Of a stretch of 64,000 nt of DNA, positions 20,066 to 32,642 are shown piece by piece (the stretch's first letter is position 1; each line of letters starts with the position of its first letter). This DNA is from Naegleria gruberi (taxonomy: Eukaryota): NCBI GenBank assembly GCA_000004985.1, contig GG738858.1; one strand, 5' to 3'. A program made the translations under genes and the position numbers. A model generated the notes under the pieces. The model made no database searches, was not told where the DNA came from, and was given only the letters and a program-made list of their open reading frames with translations.

Positions 20066-23000
20066 ATGCAAACACTCTCCATGCCTTCTACGCCCACAAA
20101 ACCGTTACATTCTGTTGCTCAACAACAAATTGCTGGCATGCCATCTTTCTGTGGTTCAGAACAGAATAATGGGGCCGGAACCCATCCCCACCATAATTTA
20201 TTCATGATGAACGATTATCGTCAAGAAAACAACCCTCATGGTCCGAATACTCATGGCCCACCAAGACTTCCTGCCAATAGCAACCACATTTGGGATCAAT
20301 GTTACAGTTTGCCAACTAACCCACAAATGAGTTCCTTCATTCCCAGCAATATCATGGATGATCTTTGTTTGTCTCCAACTAAGGTATCAGCTAGCTCTGG
20401 TTATTCCCCATTTGGAGGAGCTTCCAAGTCTATTTTTAATGGAAAAACAGAATCATTTCATCATACAGCAAGAAAGTTAGATTTTGACAATGTTCCATCA
20501 ACTCATTCATCCTTGTTTTCCTCTCCAACTTCCCAAGTTGCTGCTTCTTCAATTCAACAACAGGTAAGACAGAACGCAAACAGTTATGAACTTTTTACTG
20601 ATAATGGAAAGGGATCTTTTGTGAAACCAAGTATAGAGTATAATCAAACCCAATTGTTCAACAAGAGTGTTCCCAACTCCTATCATACCAATTATCATCC
20701 GCAATCACAACCAACCTGGAATAATTTCCAAATGGCAGCTAGTGCACAGCCAATTCAAATGTACAGTAATACTGGAGTTCAGTACAGACCATACCCAATC
20801 CAACCACCATTTTTGGAAAATGGTGGACAAAATCCTCATTTCCCTTCAAAGATTCCATATGCTCAACCAATGCCAATTTGTGGTTATCAAGCAATAGGCA
20901 CTGATGTTATGTCACTAACCAACTCTTTTCACCAATGTACCTTGTCTGACAACGAATTGATGCCACCACCACCTCCTGTATTTTCAAAGCCTGGAAATCA
21001 AAGCAAACTGAGAAGATCTTCTTGCAATAGTAATTCCTCTTGTGGCTTGCTCTTAACTGAAGATGAAAACCTAAACAATCCAACCATCCATCATGCCCGT
21101 GCTTCTTCTTCTGGTAGCGTAGAACTAGATGGTTCTAATTGGCATGAGCCATTCGAGAAAGCTATGCAAACCAATAACTTACATCCTAATGGTTACAGCA
21201 GTGTTCCTAACTCGCCATCTCGTCATAAAAGAAATGGTTCAAGTGGCAGTAACAATGCAAGCAACGTTGCAACATTATCAATCAACACTAATTTGGTTAC
21301 AAACAGCTCAAATGATAGCTCCACTCCAACATCCCCATCTAAGAAAGAATCAGTGGATGACAAACAAGCATTTAAAGATGTTCAGTTACTACTAAAATCT
21401 AACGAAAAGATTGGTTATGAATCATGTAGAAAAATCTTAATCAATCACCTCTACGATCCTAAATGTAAACTAGGTTCTCATATGCACTGGAGAGTTCATA
21501 TGGATCTAGCAGACCTTGCTAAAAGAGAAAATCTTTTAAACGATGCAAGAAAAGAGTTCAGTATGGTGAACAGAATGCAACCAACAGCAAGCCAAGGATG
21601 GTTGGAACACGCCAAACTCGAAGAAGAGAGTGGAAATTATGAAAAATGTGGCAAATTGTTAATTGAAGGACTTGACAAGTGTAGGAACAATGAGTCACTT
21701 CTAGTGAAGGCAATCAAGCATTTCGAACAAGTTGATGATTTAAACACTGCACGTAGTATTCTTGGCAAACTTAAAGGTCAAAAACCTGAAACTTGTTGGA
21801 AAATTCTTCTAGAAGGGGCTCTATTAGAATCTCGTGCTAATAACGTTGATGTAGCTAGAAAGGTTTTCAAATATTTAATGAAAAATGTTCCTCGTCATGG
21901 CCCAATTTACTATGAAGCATTCAAATTGGAGGAAAAGTGTGAGCAATTTGAACAAGCTCTAAATATTGTAGAGCAAGGTCTAATAGCCAATCCCCGTTAT
22001 GGTCCTTTGTGGTTTGCAGCTTTAAGACTTTATGAAAGGAAATATGACAAAGCGTATGATATCGAGACAAAAGAGTCTTGTTTAAATGACGTAAGACAAT
22101 GTATTGCAAGAGCAGCCAAAAACATTAGTAAGGAATTGAAATGGAAAGTCTATTTTGAATTGGCACAATTCGAAGAGAGAGCTACTAATTTACAACTTGC
22201 TCGCAAAGCATACAGTAAGAGTGCTGTTAAGGCGTTGGAAAATCTAAGATGGAAAGTATGGTTAGCAGGATCAAGAACAGAGCTCAATGCAGGAAACATT
22301 GAAATATCTAGAATGTTATTGAACAGAGCATTGCAAGAGGTTCCTGCTAAAACTAAAGCTGTTGTTTTGATTGAATGTGCCCGTCTCGAAGAATTTTGTA
22401 ATAATTTAGAAAAGGCAAGAGAATTTTTGAATAGAGCCAAATACGAAGCAAAACATGAATGGAAGGTGTTTTTGGAAAGCATCCTTCTTGAAATGAGAGC
22501 AGGAGATACTGACAAAGCAACTAATGAAGCTAAGGAAGCTTTGGAAATTCATAGAGGGACAGGAAGACTTTGGGCTGTTCTTATCCAACTTAAACATATG
22601 AAGGGTGATATTGCTGAGTGTTATCAAGTTTTCAAAGAAGCTCTCGAGGAAGTTCCTAAGAGTGGTGAAGTTTGGTGTGAAGGTGCCAGAATTGCTCTTA
22701 ATCCTTTATCTCCAAAATTCTCTTTGGAAAAGGCCAAAAGATATCTCAATTTTGCTATCAAGTTTACTCCTCAATACGGAGACAGTTTCATTGAGTATCT
22801 CAGATTGGAATTACTTACCAGAGGGCCATCTGTTCCAAGTAGTGCTGCTGCACCAACCAGCTCTTCAGTAACTAATAGTACTGTAGCGATTCAGGAATAT
22901 ATTGAGAACATGTGTGTCAACGCTGATCCTAACTATGGGCCTCTATGGTTCCATTGCAAGACTCATCCTTTGGATTCTACTAAACAAGTTCTCAGAAGAG

Positions 23001-23230
23001 CTAAGGACATGTTAATGGCTGAATTAGTTCAACAAAAAGAAATTTATCAAAGAGCTATTATGAATAGGCACTGTAAGAAATCCAAGAAGCCTTCCTATAA
23101 CACTTGCAGATCGTCAGATATCAAAAAGTTCATCACTGGTTTGTGTGCTCTCAATCTTATGTATAATAATCATAACTTGAGCTTTGAAATGAGGAAGAAG
23201 TATATCTACCTGAATGAAATATCTGTCTAG
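20066..23230 (+). CDS. HAT/TPR-repeat RNA-processing-type protein with long low-complexity N-terminus
   Basis: Intronless 1054 aa; C-terminal ~600 aa of HAT-like repeats (NPRYGPLWFAALRLYERK, GPLWFHCKTHP); N-terminal 430 aa rich in Q/N/S/P. Confidence 0.6.
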   Translation: MQTLSMPSTPTKPLHSVAQQQIAGMPSFCGSEQNNGAGTHPHHNLFMMNDYRQENNPHGPNTHGPPRLPANSNHIWDQCYSLPTNPQMSSFIPSNIMDDLCLSPTKVSASSGYSPFGGASKSIFNGKTESFHHTARKLDFDNVPSTHSSLFSSPTSQVAASSIQQQVRQNANSYELFTDNGKGSFVKPSIEYNQTQLFNKSVPNSYHTNYHPQSQPTWNNFQMAASAQPIQMYSNTGVQYRPYPIQPPFLENGGQNPHFPSKIPYAQPMPICGYQAIGTDVMSLTNSFHQCTLSDNELMPPPPPVFSKPGNQSKLRRSSCNSNSSCGLLLTEDENLNNPTIHHARASSSGSVELDGSNWHEPFEKAMQTNNLHPNGYSSVPNSPSRHKRNGSSGSNNASNVATLSINTNLVTNSSNDSSTPTSPSKKESVDDKQAFKDVQLLLKSNEKIGYESCRKILINHLYDPKCKLGSHMHWRVHMDLADLAKRENLLNDARKEFSMVNRMQPTASQGWLEHAKLEEESGNYEKCGKLLIEGLDKCRNNESLLVKAIKHFEQVDDLNTARSILGKLKGQKPETCWKILLEGALLESRANNVDVARKVFKYLMKNVPRHGPIYYEAFKLEEKCEQFEQALNIVEQGLIANPRYGPLWFAALRLYERKYDKAYDIETKESCLNDVRQCIARAAKNISKELKWKVYFELAQFEERATNLQLARKAYSKSAVKALENLRWKVWLAGSRTELNAGNIEISRMLLNRALQEVPAKTKAVVLIECARLEEFCNNLEKAREFLNRAKYEAKHEWKVFLESILLEMRAGDTDKATNEAKEALEIHRGTGRLWAVLIQLKHMKGDIAECYQVFKEALEEVPKSGEVWCEGARIALNPLSPKFSLEKAKRYLNFAIKFTPQYGDSFIEYLRLELLTRGPSVPSSAAAPTSSSVTNSTVAIQEYIENMCVNADPNYGPLWFHCKTHPLDSTKQVLRRAKDMLMAELVQQKEIYQRAIMNRHCKKSKKPSYNTCRSSDIKKFITGLCALNLMYNNHNLSFEMRKKYIYLNEISV

Positions 23231-23697
23231 TTATTAATAAAGAAGCTTCCTTTTTAATGTCCTCTCTAAAAAATGTCATCCTTTTTTCGGCCTAGTCTCC
23301 TCTCTAGAAGATCTGTTCCAAGTATTGATTATATTATTAAGCATCATTCAGAAAACAAAGCGGATAACCTTATCAAAGAAAATGAAAAATTAATTAATGA
23401 GGAAAAACTAGCAACCCATTCTGAAAATTGTTTCAGTTGTAATAATTTAGAATTGGATGATGAAAATACTACAGAAAATCCTGATCTTATAAGCGGAATT
23501 GAAAAAGAATAATATCAATCCTCAACAGTATATCTGTAAAAAGACATAGCTATTCTACCAATTGGTCAAAATACTCCAAACAATCCATCTGGTTTAATAA
23601 ACAAAAATTCTTTTGGTGTATCAGATTTCAAATCTATTCCAATTTTTTGTTCAATTTTTTAAGACGACTAAATTTTTCTCTCTTCATTACTTTATTT

Positions 23698-25004
23698 TTA
23701 CAAAATAAGTTTAACGGTTCTTAAAATCAAATAAGCTGACATTAATAAAAAACCAAACTGTAAAATCTTGATACTTCTTTTAGATGGAAGCCTATTGGTA
23801 TGTTCTGAAATACTTGTCAGAAAAGCTTCTCTAGTTGACATTGGACTATATCCTAATTCTGTCATAGCCTTTTCAGATGAAAATGAATGATTTTGCTCCA
23901 TACAATCTACACAGTTAATAAATAATCACAAAGTTTACCTACCGATGGTCTCCGGAGCAAACAAAAATGATGCTCTTCCAAATCCAAAAATTGTAGATCT
24001 TGTCCAATTAATAATTGGTGAAACATATTCAATAAAAACCCTAAACCATGGCAGTGGTATAGAAAATAAAGGTCTTGGCCATCCAGTAGCCTCACATGTA
24101 CAATCAATAGCCTCCTTCATTGTCATTGATTGACTTGGTCCAATTATAAACAAGTTGTTTGATGAAATATTACTCTCTAAAGCCTTATTGATGCATAGAT
24201 CAATGCCTTTGCAAACATCGTTGACATGTACAAAACTTACTTCACCTTTTGCGCAGTCTCCAGGGTAAACTATTGAATTAAGGCTGATTTTTTCAGAATG
24301 ATAATAACAGATCACTTACCCGAAAGCACTTGCTTGTATCAATTCAAATGCTGCATAAGTGTCGTTTCTTCCTGTTACTCCTGTTAATCTCAAAATATAT
24401 AAGTGCTTTGGAGATCCAGATTTCAACATATAATTGTCCATCATTTCTTGTAGTTTTTTCTCTGTTTCCAGTTTTGTCTTTCCGTATTCGAAACTAGGTT
24501 CACATACAGAAGTTTCATCCATTGGTTTTCCTCTCAATTTAGAATATCCCATAGCAGCTTCATTGTTAGAAGAAAATTTAACCCAATCTTCTTACCTTGT
24601 GTAGATGTATAAATAAACACTTTCTTTTCTTTACTATCAAGAAACTCCTCAAACATTTTGACTGATGAGTCAATGTTAATTCGTCTCATCCTTTCAACTT
24701 GCTCTTTATTAAATGGATGAAAGTCCATTATAGCAGCAAGATGAATAACAGTTTGGCTGTTCTCATTATTCTTGTCAAACAGGTTTTTGATAGATAAATG
24801 ATCATCTAGAGAAAAATTAAAATTCGAAATATTTGAGCATATTTGTGAAGAGTTAGTTCTCCTGTTTGCACTGATCACTAGATAATCCTTCTTTGCTAAA
24901 TATTCGACTAAATGTCTGCCAATAAATCCAGTAGATCCTTTGATCAAACGTTAGTGGATCACCCAAACAAAAAACCTACCTGTTACAATCACTCCTTGTC
25001 TCAT
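23698..25004 (-). CDS. NAD(P)-dependent 3-beta-hydroxysteroid dehydrogenase/epimerase family protein (NSDHL-like), multi-exon
   Basis: Exon 1 MRQGVIVTG joined to STGFIGRHLVEYLAKKDY (Rossmann); downstream exons carry 3beta-HSD-like segments; hydrophobic C-terminus; internal exon boundaries not fully resolved. Confidence 0.55.
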
Positions 25005-25053
25005 CAATAATTTTTTTTAGTTTATTTTTAGGACCATCATTTAAAAAAAAACA

Positions 25054-25677
25054 ATGCGCACAAGATATAAATCTTTCAAAAGCGAAAAAATTAAGGAAAA
25101 GAATATTGAGGTTGGTGATGAAGATGAGGATGAGGTGATGCACCCTGGTGTAAATACGAAAGAAATCAATATTGTCTCTTTGGAAGGACAAAAACAACAA
25201 CACAACAGAAATAATCTTAATACTCCTCAATTTATCAATAACCAACCACTAACAACAAACACAACTCAAAAACTTGATTCTTTTGCAGCTCTGGCCATGA
25301 GGAAAAAACAATCTCCATCAAATCTGTATACTAATAATAATTGTCCTAACAAAACATCAACCATCACACAAACCACTACAGCAGCACATGAGGAAACAAG
25401 AATACGTTCCACTAGTTCTCTACCAGCTGTTGAGCACCAACCCATGGCAGAATCAAACCCTGTGGATATTGCAACTTCCAACAAAGATGATAAGACAAAA
25501 GAAGAATCCACCACCAGAAGAAGAGCCTTTTCCCTTCAATTTTTTAAAAAGAAAAATGTGGAAGAAATTGAGCAAAAGAAGCTTGAAAAGAATGAAAAGA
25601 AGTTTGATCTGAAGAAAAAAGAAAACTTTTCCTTTGAAGATTTTTATGTAAGGGAAAAAAGCAATAAACTTCATTAA
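25054..25677 (+). CDS. Low-complexity S/T/N/K-rich protein, function unknown
   Basis: 207-aa ORF with an aaaaATG-like context; K/E-rich C-terminus; no recognisable domain. Confidence 0.35.
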   Translation: MRTRYKSFKSEKIKEKNIEVGDEDEDEVMHPGVNTKEINIVSLEGQKQQHNRNNLNTPQFINNQPLTTNTTQKLDSFAALAMRKKQSPSNLYTNNNCPNKTSTITQTTTAAHEETRIRSTSSLPAVEHQPMAESNPVDIATSNKDDKTKEESTTRRRAFSLQFFKKKNVEEIEQKKLEKNEKKFDLKKKENFSFEDFYVREKSNKLH

Positions 25678-25720
25678 AGATTACAAACACAGGTGAAGAA
25701 TTTTTTGTTTATTTAGTCAT

Positions 25721-26875
25721 TTAGAGTTGGAGAGTCTTTGGTTGTTCCCATGGGAATTCGCTTCTACCAAAGTGACCATAAGCAGCAGTTGGTGAGTAGA
25801 TTGGGTTCATCAAGTTCAAATCCTTAATGATGTGATATGGTCTCAAATCAAAGTTCTTATTGACAATAGCCAAAATATCAGCATCAGTCTTACCGTTCAA
25901 AGCAGTACCATAGGTATCAACGTGAACAGACAATGGGTGAGCAATACCAATAGCATAGGCAACTTGAACCAAACATCTCTTAGCCAAACCAGCAGCAACG
26001 ACGGACTTAGCAACCCATCTTGCAGCATAAGAAGCAGATCTATCGACCTTAGATGGATCCTTACCAGAGAAAGCACCACCACCGTGAGCACCCCAACCAC
26101 CATAAGTATCAACAATAATCTTTCTACCAGTAAGACCAGCATCACCTTGTGGACCTCCGATAACGAATCTTCCAGATGGGTTAAGATGGTAAATAGTAGC
26201 ATCATCCAACAAATTGGCTGGAATAACTGGAACAATGACGTGTTCCTTCAATGACTTTTGGATTTCTTCGTTGGAAACAACTTCGTCGTGTTGAGTAGAA
26301 ATCAAGAGGGTAGAAACTCTCTTTGGAGTGAGGTTACCACCTTCCTTAACATATTCAACGGTGACTTGAGTCTTACCGTCAGGTCTCAACCATGGGAGAG
26401 TACCATTCTTTCTGACTTCAGTAAGTCTAGCAGCCAACTTGGAGGCCAACAAGTGAGACAATGGCATCAATTCTGGAGTTTCATCAGAAGCATAACCGAA
26501 CATGAGACCTTGATCACCAGCACCTAATTCTTCTTCAGTACGACCAACGTGGACACCACCAGCAATATCAGGTGATTGTTGTTCAATAGCAACCAAAACG
26601 TTACAAGTCTTATAATCGAAACCCTTGCTTGAGTCATCGAAACCAATCTTCTTGACAGCTTCTCTGACAATCTTTTGGAAGTCCAAAATAGCCTTGGTGG
26701 TAATTTCACCGAAAACCAAGATCATACCAGTCTTACAACAGGTTTCACAAGCAACCTTGGAGTATGGATCAAGAGCCAAACAAGCATCGAGGACAGCATC
26801 AGAGATTTGGTCGCAAATCTTATCTGGGTGACCTTCAGTAACAGATTCTGAGGAGAAGTGGAAAGTTTCAGGCAT
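25721..26875 (-). CDS. S-adenosylmethionine synthetase
   Basis: Full-length colinear MAT: [38 protein letters not shown]-terminal ...[11 protein letters not shown]; intronless. Confidence 0.95.
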   Translation of the reverse strand: MPETFHFSSESVTEGHPDKICDQISDAVLDACLALDPYSKVACETCCKTGMILVFGEITTKAILDFQKIVREAVKKIGFDDSSKGFDYKTCNVLVAIEQQSPDIAGGVHVGRTEEELGAGDQGLMFGYASDETPELMPLSHLLASKLAARLTEVRKNGTLPWLRPDGKTQVTVEYVKEGGNLTPKRVSTLLISTQHDEVVSNEEIQKSLKEHVIVPVIPANLLDDATIYHLNPSGRFVIGGPQGDAGLTGRKIIVDTYGGWGAHGGGAFSGKDPSKVDRSASYAARWVAKSVVAAGLAKRCLVQVAYAIGIAHPLSVHVDTYGTALNGKTDADILAIVNKNFDLRPYHIIKDLNLMNPIYSPTAAYGHFGRSEFPWEQPKTLQL

Positions 26876-27475
26876 TTTATATGTGGTGTTTTTTTTTCAA
26901 CGAACAAAAACAAATTTTCGGGTTTGCTGCGAGTTTTTCAACTCAACAACATTACTGAACAAGTGACCGCTTTGAAGAACAACGCAGCATCGTTCTAAAG
27001 AGCATCACTGCGAAAATTTCACTCATGTCATCTTGTTATCTTTGAAAATTGTAATAATATATTGAAAGAAGAATGAATATGTGGAAATTCACAAGGGTGT
27101 GTGAAAAATTCAACTTTATCATTGAAGGCACAAATGTACTATGGAAATATCAATGTACAGGTGGTGACCGCAACAAGATCTCTCAAAAAAAAGCTCCCGG
27201 CCACGTCAGAAATGCAAGTTTACTATTGTAAAAACGGTGGTTGGCCGTTAAAAACTTTTTGATTGGATCTTCTCGGACTTGTAAAATTTCCATGGAAATT
27301 TTTCGTGGTTGGGAAATTTGACAATTTTACAGTAATTTAGAAGCCTCAATAGGAATAATTGAAGCTGGTGGAAATACTTCTTAATACTCATCATGCTCAA
27401 TTATGATTAATTCACAGTGAACTAATTTAATACAATAATATAATATTTATTAATAGAATCAATTTTGAAAAAAAA

Positions 27476-28093
27476 ATGGGATTTGAATTTAGAAGATTTA
27501 AACCACTCACTTCCGAAGAGTTTCATCACAACTTTACTGAATATCAAAAAATGGAAGAGAAAAATGATGTGTATTTAATTGTTGTGGATAAGGAGGGAAA
27601 TAGTGTTATTCCCGAAACTATTGGAATTAAACTTGCTTACATGTCACAATTTGAAATTAAAATTCGTAAAAAGAGAAAGAAATCTGGCATTGAAAAATGG
27701 AAGAAAATTCACTGTTTTTCAGAGAAGGTTGATTTATCTGATCAGGATAATCTACTCAAGAGTATAGAGAACCAATTAAAGATGAATCAAGTTTCGGATC
27801 TGGCACTCAGTTCAAATCATCACAGGGTTGTCTCAGCTAAAACTTGTAAAATTAGAAGAAATTATAGAAATTATGAGATTGCTTTCTTTTCATTGAAATT
27901 TGAGGATATGAACGAAACTCTTTATTTTAAATCAGTAAATATTGAGGGAGAGAAAAAGTTTAAAAAAATTGATAAGCAACTAGTTGAAAAGGATCTACCA
28001 CTCTCATCTCAGGATGCTCAGGTTTTAACTTGTGGTTATCCAGAATTGCTTTTAAGGAAATATTTGAGTGTAAAATCAAATATTCTAAATTAA
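27476..28093 (+). CDS. Hypothetical protein
   Basis: 205-aa ORF with an aaaaATG context; no recognisable domain. Confidence 0.4.
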   Translation: MGFEFRRFKPLTSEEFHHNFTEYQKMEEKNDVYLIVVDKEGNSVIPETIGIKLAYMSQFEIKIRKKRKKSGIEKWKKIHCFSEKVDLSDQDNLLKSIENQLKMNQVSDLALSSNHHRVVSAKTCKIRRNYRNYEIAFFSLKFEDMNETLYFKSVNIEGEKKFKKIDKQLVEKDLPLSSQDAQVLTCGYPELLLRKYLSVKSNILN

Positions 28094-29540
28094 ATAGTCC
28101 AAGCTTCCAATAATTCCTCAAGTCTAACTCTAGGATTCTTTCCATCACTATCAAATTTAATCTTACTTGCAATAGAACCAGAATTTTCATGTTTGAACAA
28201 CATGACTTTGGATCTCATATCTTGATCTTCTTCAAGATCATTCAAGAATGCATCATAATCATTTCCTTCAGGGTCCATACAGAAATGGTGTAACTTCCAA
28301 ATTCTTTGAGTTTCCCATTCATACTTCTTTTTAACAATAATAACATCTGGTAAAACAAGTTTCTTGTAACTTGCAAGGTCATCACTATTGAGATTAGCAT
28401 TCTTCAAATCATATCCATAAACAGTATCTCCAACTTCTAGCAATTGAGTAATGTGACAGAATGTTTGAACATCTGGAGCAACACCTAATTCTGATGTCTT
28501 GACAAGAGACACTTCACTGAGTTGGAATCTGCCAGCTTGAGCAGAAATTGGCCTTCCTTTTTGATTCTTTTTCACCTCAATATCATTGATAGTATATTCA
28601 GCAAGTTGGGTAACTGACAATAGAGCTCTAAATGGTGATTGGAAATAGTTTTGAGCAGTAATTTCAAAATCTATAATTTTTCGTATTAATTGATATTTGA
28701 ATAATTTAAAACATACTCTTGAGTGTGTATGGATCAATGAAGAATAAGCTATTTGTCACCTTATAACAAATAACAAGAGGACTATTTTCAAATTTCAGAA
28801 ATCAATTAAAATTGATTAAATACATACCCAATTTGTCCACTACTGTTAAATAATCTTTGTGGTAAACAAACCAAATCTCCTACACAAATTGGAGCTATTT
28901 CAATGAAATATTGCTCATTGTGTTCAGTTGTAGGTCCTTCCAATGATGATGCCCCTCCAACAGCACCAATTCCTCCTCCTAATTTACCTTTTTGGAATGC
29001 ACCTGTCATTACTGACTTATTTTCCAAATCTCTTATTGGCATTAAATTATTGATTAATTTGATAAACTTGATGACATTTGAACCTTCTTCTTGTGATTGA
29101 TTTTCTCCACCTCCTTCTTTTTGCATTTCCTCGTTCAATTCAGAATAGGCATTTGGTTTATAATAAATATCAAAACCATGAGCAACTTTTTCAAAATGTA
29201 AATGTGGGAATTTTCTTGTAATTTGATGTTTTAACATTAATTGTTCAAAGAAGAATAAATTTCTTTCGTGAGATATCTTTTGACGAATTTGTACTACCGG
29301 CTTATCGGAAGAGTCAACAGTAACCTTCTTCTTTTTCTGATTAACACGATTGGCCTTCTTTCTCTTTTTTGAAGTGAAAGCTTGTTCTTGATAATTATTA
29401 CCTTCATGTACTTCAGTATCTTCAAATTCTGAAATATTCATCATGTCCACATTCTTTCTCTTTTGAGTGTTTGCCTTTTCCGATGGCTGTTTCTTGGTTG
29501 GTGGTTTTTTGTGGCCTTTACCAGTTGCTTTTTGTCTCAT
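28090..29540 (-). CDS. Hypothetical basic, nuclear-type protein (at least 2 exons)
   Basis: K/R-rich N-terminus (KKPPTKKQPSEKANTQKRK); upstream ORF 28806..29540 appears to splice via gtatgt to the downstream ORF 28090..28737; exact junction unresolved; stop overlaps the stop of the 27476 gene. Confidence 0.4.
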
Positions 29541-29888
29541 GTTTTTTTTTGAAGTTGGTTTTTTGAATTTTTATTATTTTCTATCGATTTTAAAGAGAAT
29601 TGATTCACAAACCACAATAAAAGAGTGTTGCATGGGAGAATAAGATTTTGGAGAGTTTGATATTTTAGAGAATACTTGATTTTCTAATGATGATAGACAA
29701 AGTTAAATTCATGCGTGTCAACAGATGTACCTTGATAGATAATACTCATTCCATTCCTGATATTTTTCACTTTTTGCGATAACTATTCCATGGAAGAAAT
29801 GCAATAGTATTCAAGTTGTGCCAAGAATAAATTCAAGAGAATGAAAGAATATATTAAATAATTATATTATTGTTACAATGGGGTTTGA

Positions 29889-31054
29889 TTATTGTGAACT
29901 AGATCCATTTTGACCATTCTCTTCTGTTGGACGATTTCGAAATTCGTTCAAATATACAATAAACTTAAATATTTGTTTCAAATAACGTTCTACAGACATT
30001 ATTTCCAATATGTTGTTGTGACCGGCATAGTCAATAAATAGAGGTGTATATTTGTATTTCACTTTTTGTTGAAGTGATTCTCCATGATCGAAAGGAACTA
30101 CTTCATCTACCTTTCCGTGGATTATAAATACTGGACATTTAACCTTGTCTATCCTATCTATATTTCGGAACATATCAAAGAAAATCTTCTTGCTTGTGTT
30201 CACTTTTATACGCACTACTGATGTGAATGGACTTTGCAGAATAACTCCTCTAAAGTTTGAATTTTCTTTTGAGGCAATATACGTGCTTGGTCCCGTTCCA
30301 AGAGATGTTCCAAACCTATTGTTTTTTCATATTGTTGTTATCATCATTATCATCAAGAAAATGTTATTGTTGTTGTTATTATTATTATTATAATGAAAAG
30401 ATATTGGATCATCACAAGAAAGAGGATATGTCAACACTCATAGATTAAATACTTACACTATGATTCTATCCTCTGAGAAACCTCTTTCTTTCTTTAAATA
30501 TTTAACAGCTGCTTCTATACTTGCGTAAACTCTAGGCTCAGAGCAAGTCACTTTTGGTTCTGAAATACCATAACCTTGGTATTCATATCCACAAACGTTG
30601 ATCTTAAGTGAACTTCTAAGTAATTCCAGATAGGGCATTGTTTGACCCAAATCTGTGGCATTACCATGACTATACAATAAACAAAGATCAGATCTGTTTA
30701 TCATCCAAAATTCATGATGGAATGACCATCCGAAAGTAATGACGTTGTATTTTAATTATCATCACATAATAATTAAAATATTTTAAACCAGGTCATTCAA
30801 TTAGCCATCATATTACAAATAATAATAATATCATTATTAAAATATTGTTGTTGTTGTTCGTACGAGAGGTAATCAAAAATTTGATCTTACCCTTTACATT
30901 CCAAAAAAACAAGTGGTACCTTGACATTAACTTTCTGTCCTCTTTCATCTACTACTTTCTTATCTTCACATTCCAGAAAGATGTACTTGTCGCTCTTCGT
31001 ATAACTTGCAGGTTCTGGAGGTTGAAATAATAGACGAGAAATGAGACCGCCCAT
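29889..31054 (-). CDS. Alpha/beta-hydrolase (ABHD17/ABHD13-like), 3 exons
   Basis: Exons ~31054..30845, 30704..30453, 30215..29889; motifs YSHGNATDLGQ, GxSxG-type segment, FIIHGKVDEVVPFDHG. Confidence 0.6.
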
Positions 31055-31715
31055 TTTTTTAATTATTTTAAATTAAAAAATCAATTTTCCAACAGACAAA
31101 CAACTTCTTTCGAACATCGAAAGTCATTGACCTTCTCTCTCAAGACCAAACACAGGAAAATCAATCTAAACAAGTGCATGTACTAAAGTATTTCCCCTCA
31201 TTGCTATGATCAGTTAAGATCTCAAGTATTAGTTGAATTTTTTGAATCAAACTTAAGGCACAAAGTATTATATCCTTGAACGATCGGACGAACATTTTAT
31301 TGATCGAATTGGAGAGTTTTGTCTCCGTTACTCAATCTTCTCCAAAGTTCCTTGTCAACATGGTCTTTACAATTATTGATGGGCAAAATTATGCCAAGCA
31401 GGTTTGAAGACATCTCGATGAATTGTTTTCTGAAAATGCATTCTTAATAGATTTGCTCATGTATTGTCCAAAGAAAGGCAAGTTTATCTTTTAATCGAAC
31501 CGAATTGGCAACCTTTCCTAGTTAAAACGATTCATCTACAATTTTCTCATTCTTTTCAATTCTTCCAATAATCTTTGAATAACAAAAAATTCATTGAATT
31601 TTAGTAACTAAAGATTGCATTCGATCTTCTTGAATAAGAGAAACAAAAACTCTTCACAATTTTTCATCATGATTTCTAAACAAATCAAAATCACTTCAAC
31701 AAAATTGAATAAAAA

Positions 31716-32440
31716 ATGACTCATCACCCTACAGGAAATTCTCAACATGACAACTCTAATAATTCGGAACAAGGAGGAGCACCTCTTTCATCGGATGTTA
31801 ATAGTAGTAGTAATGGACAAGCAGTTGTTAAAAATCAAGAACCTTTTTATAAAAGTGTAGATTTTAAAAGATTTTTGAGATTTGGAATTATTGATACTTC
31901 TATTTTGATGCTTTCTCTTGTTGCTGGTGTGTCAATTGAAGGATATATTGCCAAGAGAATTGGAGTGAGTGGATTTGGTACTATTGTTGGAGGTTAGTGT
32001 TTTTTAAAGTGTGTTGTCATTGATTCAAATTGAAATTTTTAGCTGCTATTGGTAATTCAGCAAGGTTAGTATTTGTTTTGGAACTATGAGAGTGTTAACA
32101 CAACATTTTGAAAAAGTGATACAATTGCTGCCATGCCAGAAGGTTGGAAGGCATCTATGGTAAGTGATACTCAAAATAGAGTTTATTAATGATGATTTTA
32201 ATAGGGTAAGTTTATTTTAAATATATTAAGTAATAATATCGAAACTCTATTTCAATCAATTGCCATCGTACTACAGGAGCTTTCACTGGAAGTATTTCTC
32301 CAACAATCCCAATTTTTGCATGTTTATTCATGAAGCGACCACTCAATAATAGAACCAAATTCATTATTGGAGCATCAAGTGTTGGACTCTTAATTCCAAC
32401 CTTTTTCATCAATGTCCCTTCTGGAAGTTCTCATCATTAG
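31716..32440 (+). CDS. Small multi-pass membrane protein, multi-exon
   Basis: Exon 1 31716..~31995 (MTHHPTGN...GFGTIVGG); downstream short exons encode AAIGNSAR..., SDTIAAMPEGWKAS, GAFTGSISPTIPIFACLFMKRPLNNRTKFIIGASSVGLL. Confidence 0.4.
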
Positions 32441-32642
32441 AATTTGAGATTATTTGATAAAATTCTAAGGATTTAATACAATAGTATGAGTTACTTGAAA
32501 AAGAGAGAATGTAGGATGATTGAGATAGTCAACCAACATGTTGATGCAAATACTAGGAATTCAAAAATAAATTATTTTATGTACATAAGTGAAATATTTT
32601 ACAATGCTAATAAAACCATGAATCTTAATTATGATTAGTCCA

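Noticed and set aside
23273-23512. 79-aa ORF immediately after the HAT-repeat gene
   Set aside because: No domain and no strong start context. It could be a 3' UTR artefact
31100-31125. Short palindrome ctttcgaacatcgaaag upstream of the ABHD-like gene
   Set aside because: It is a 7-bp stem only. Such palindromes are frequent by chance in AT-rich spacers and have no repeat copies in the window
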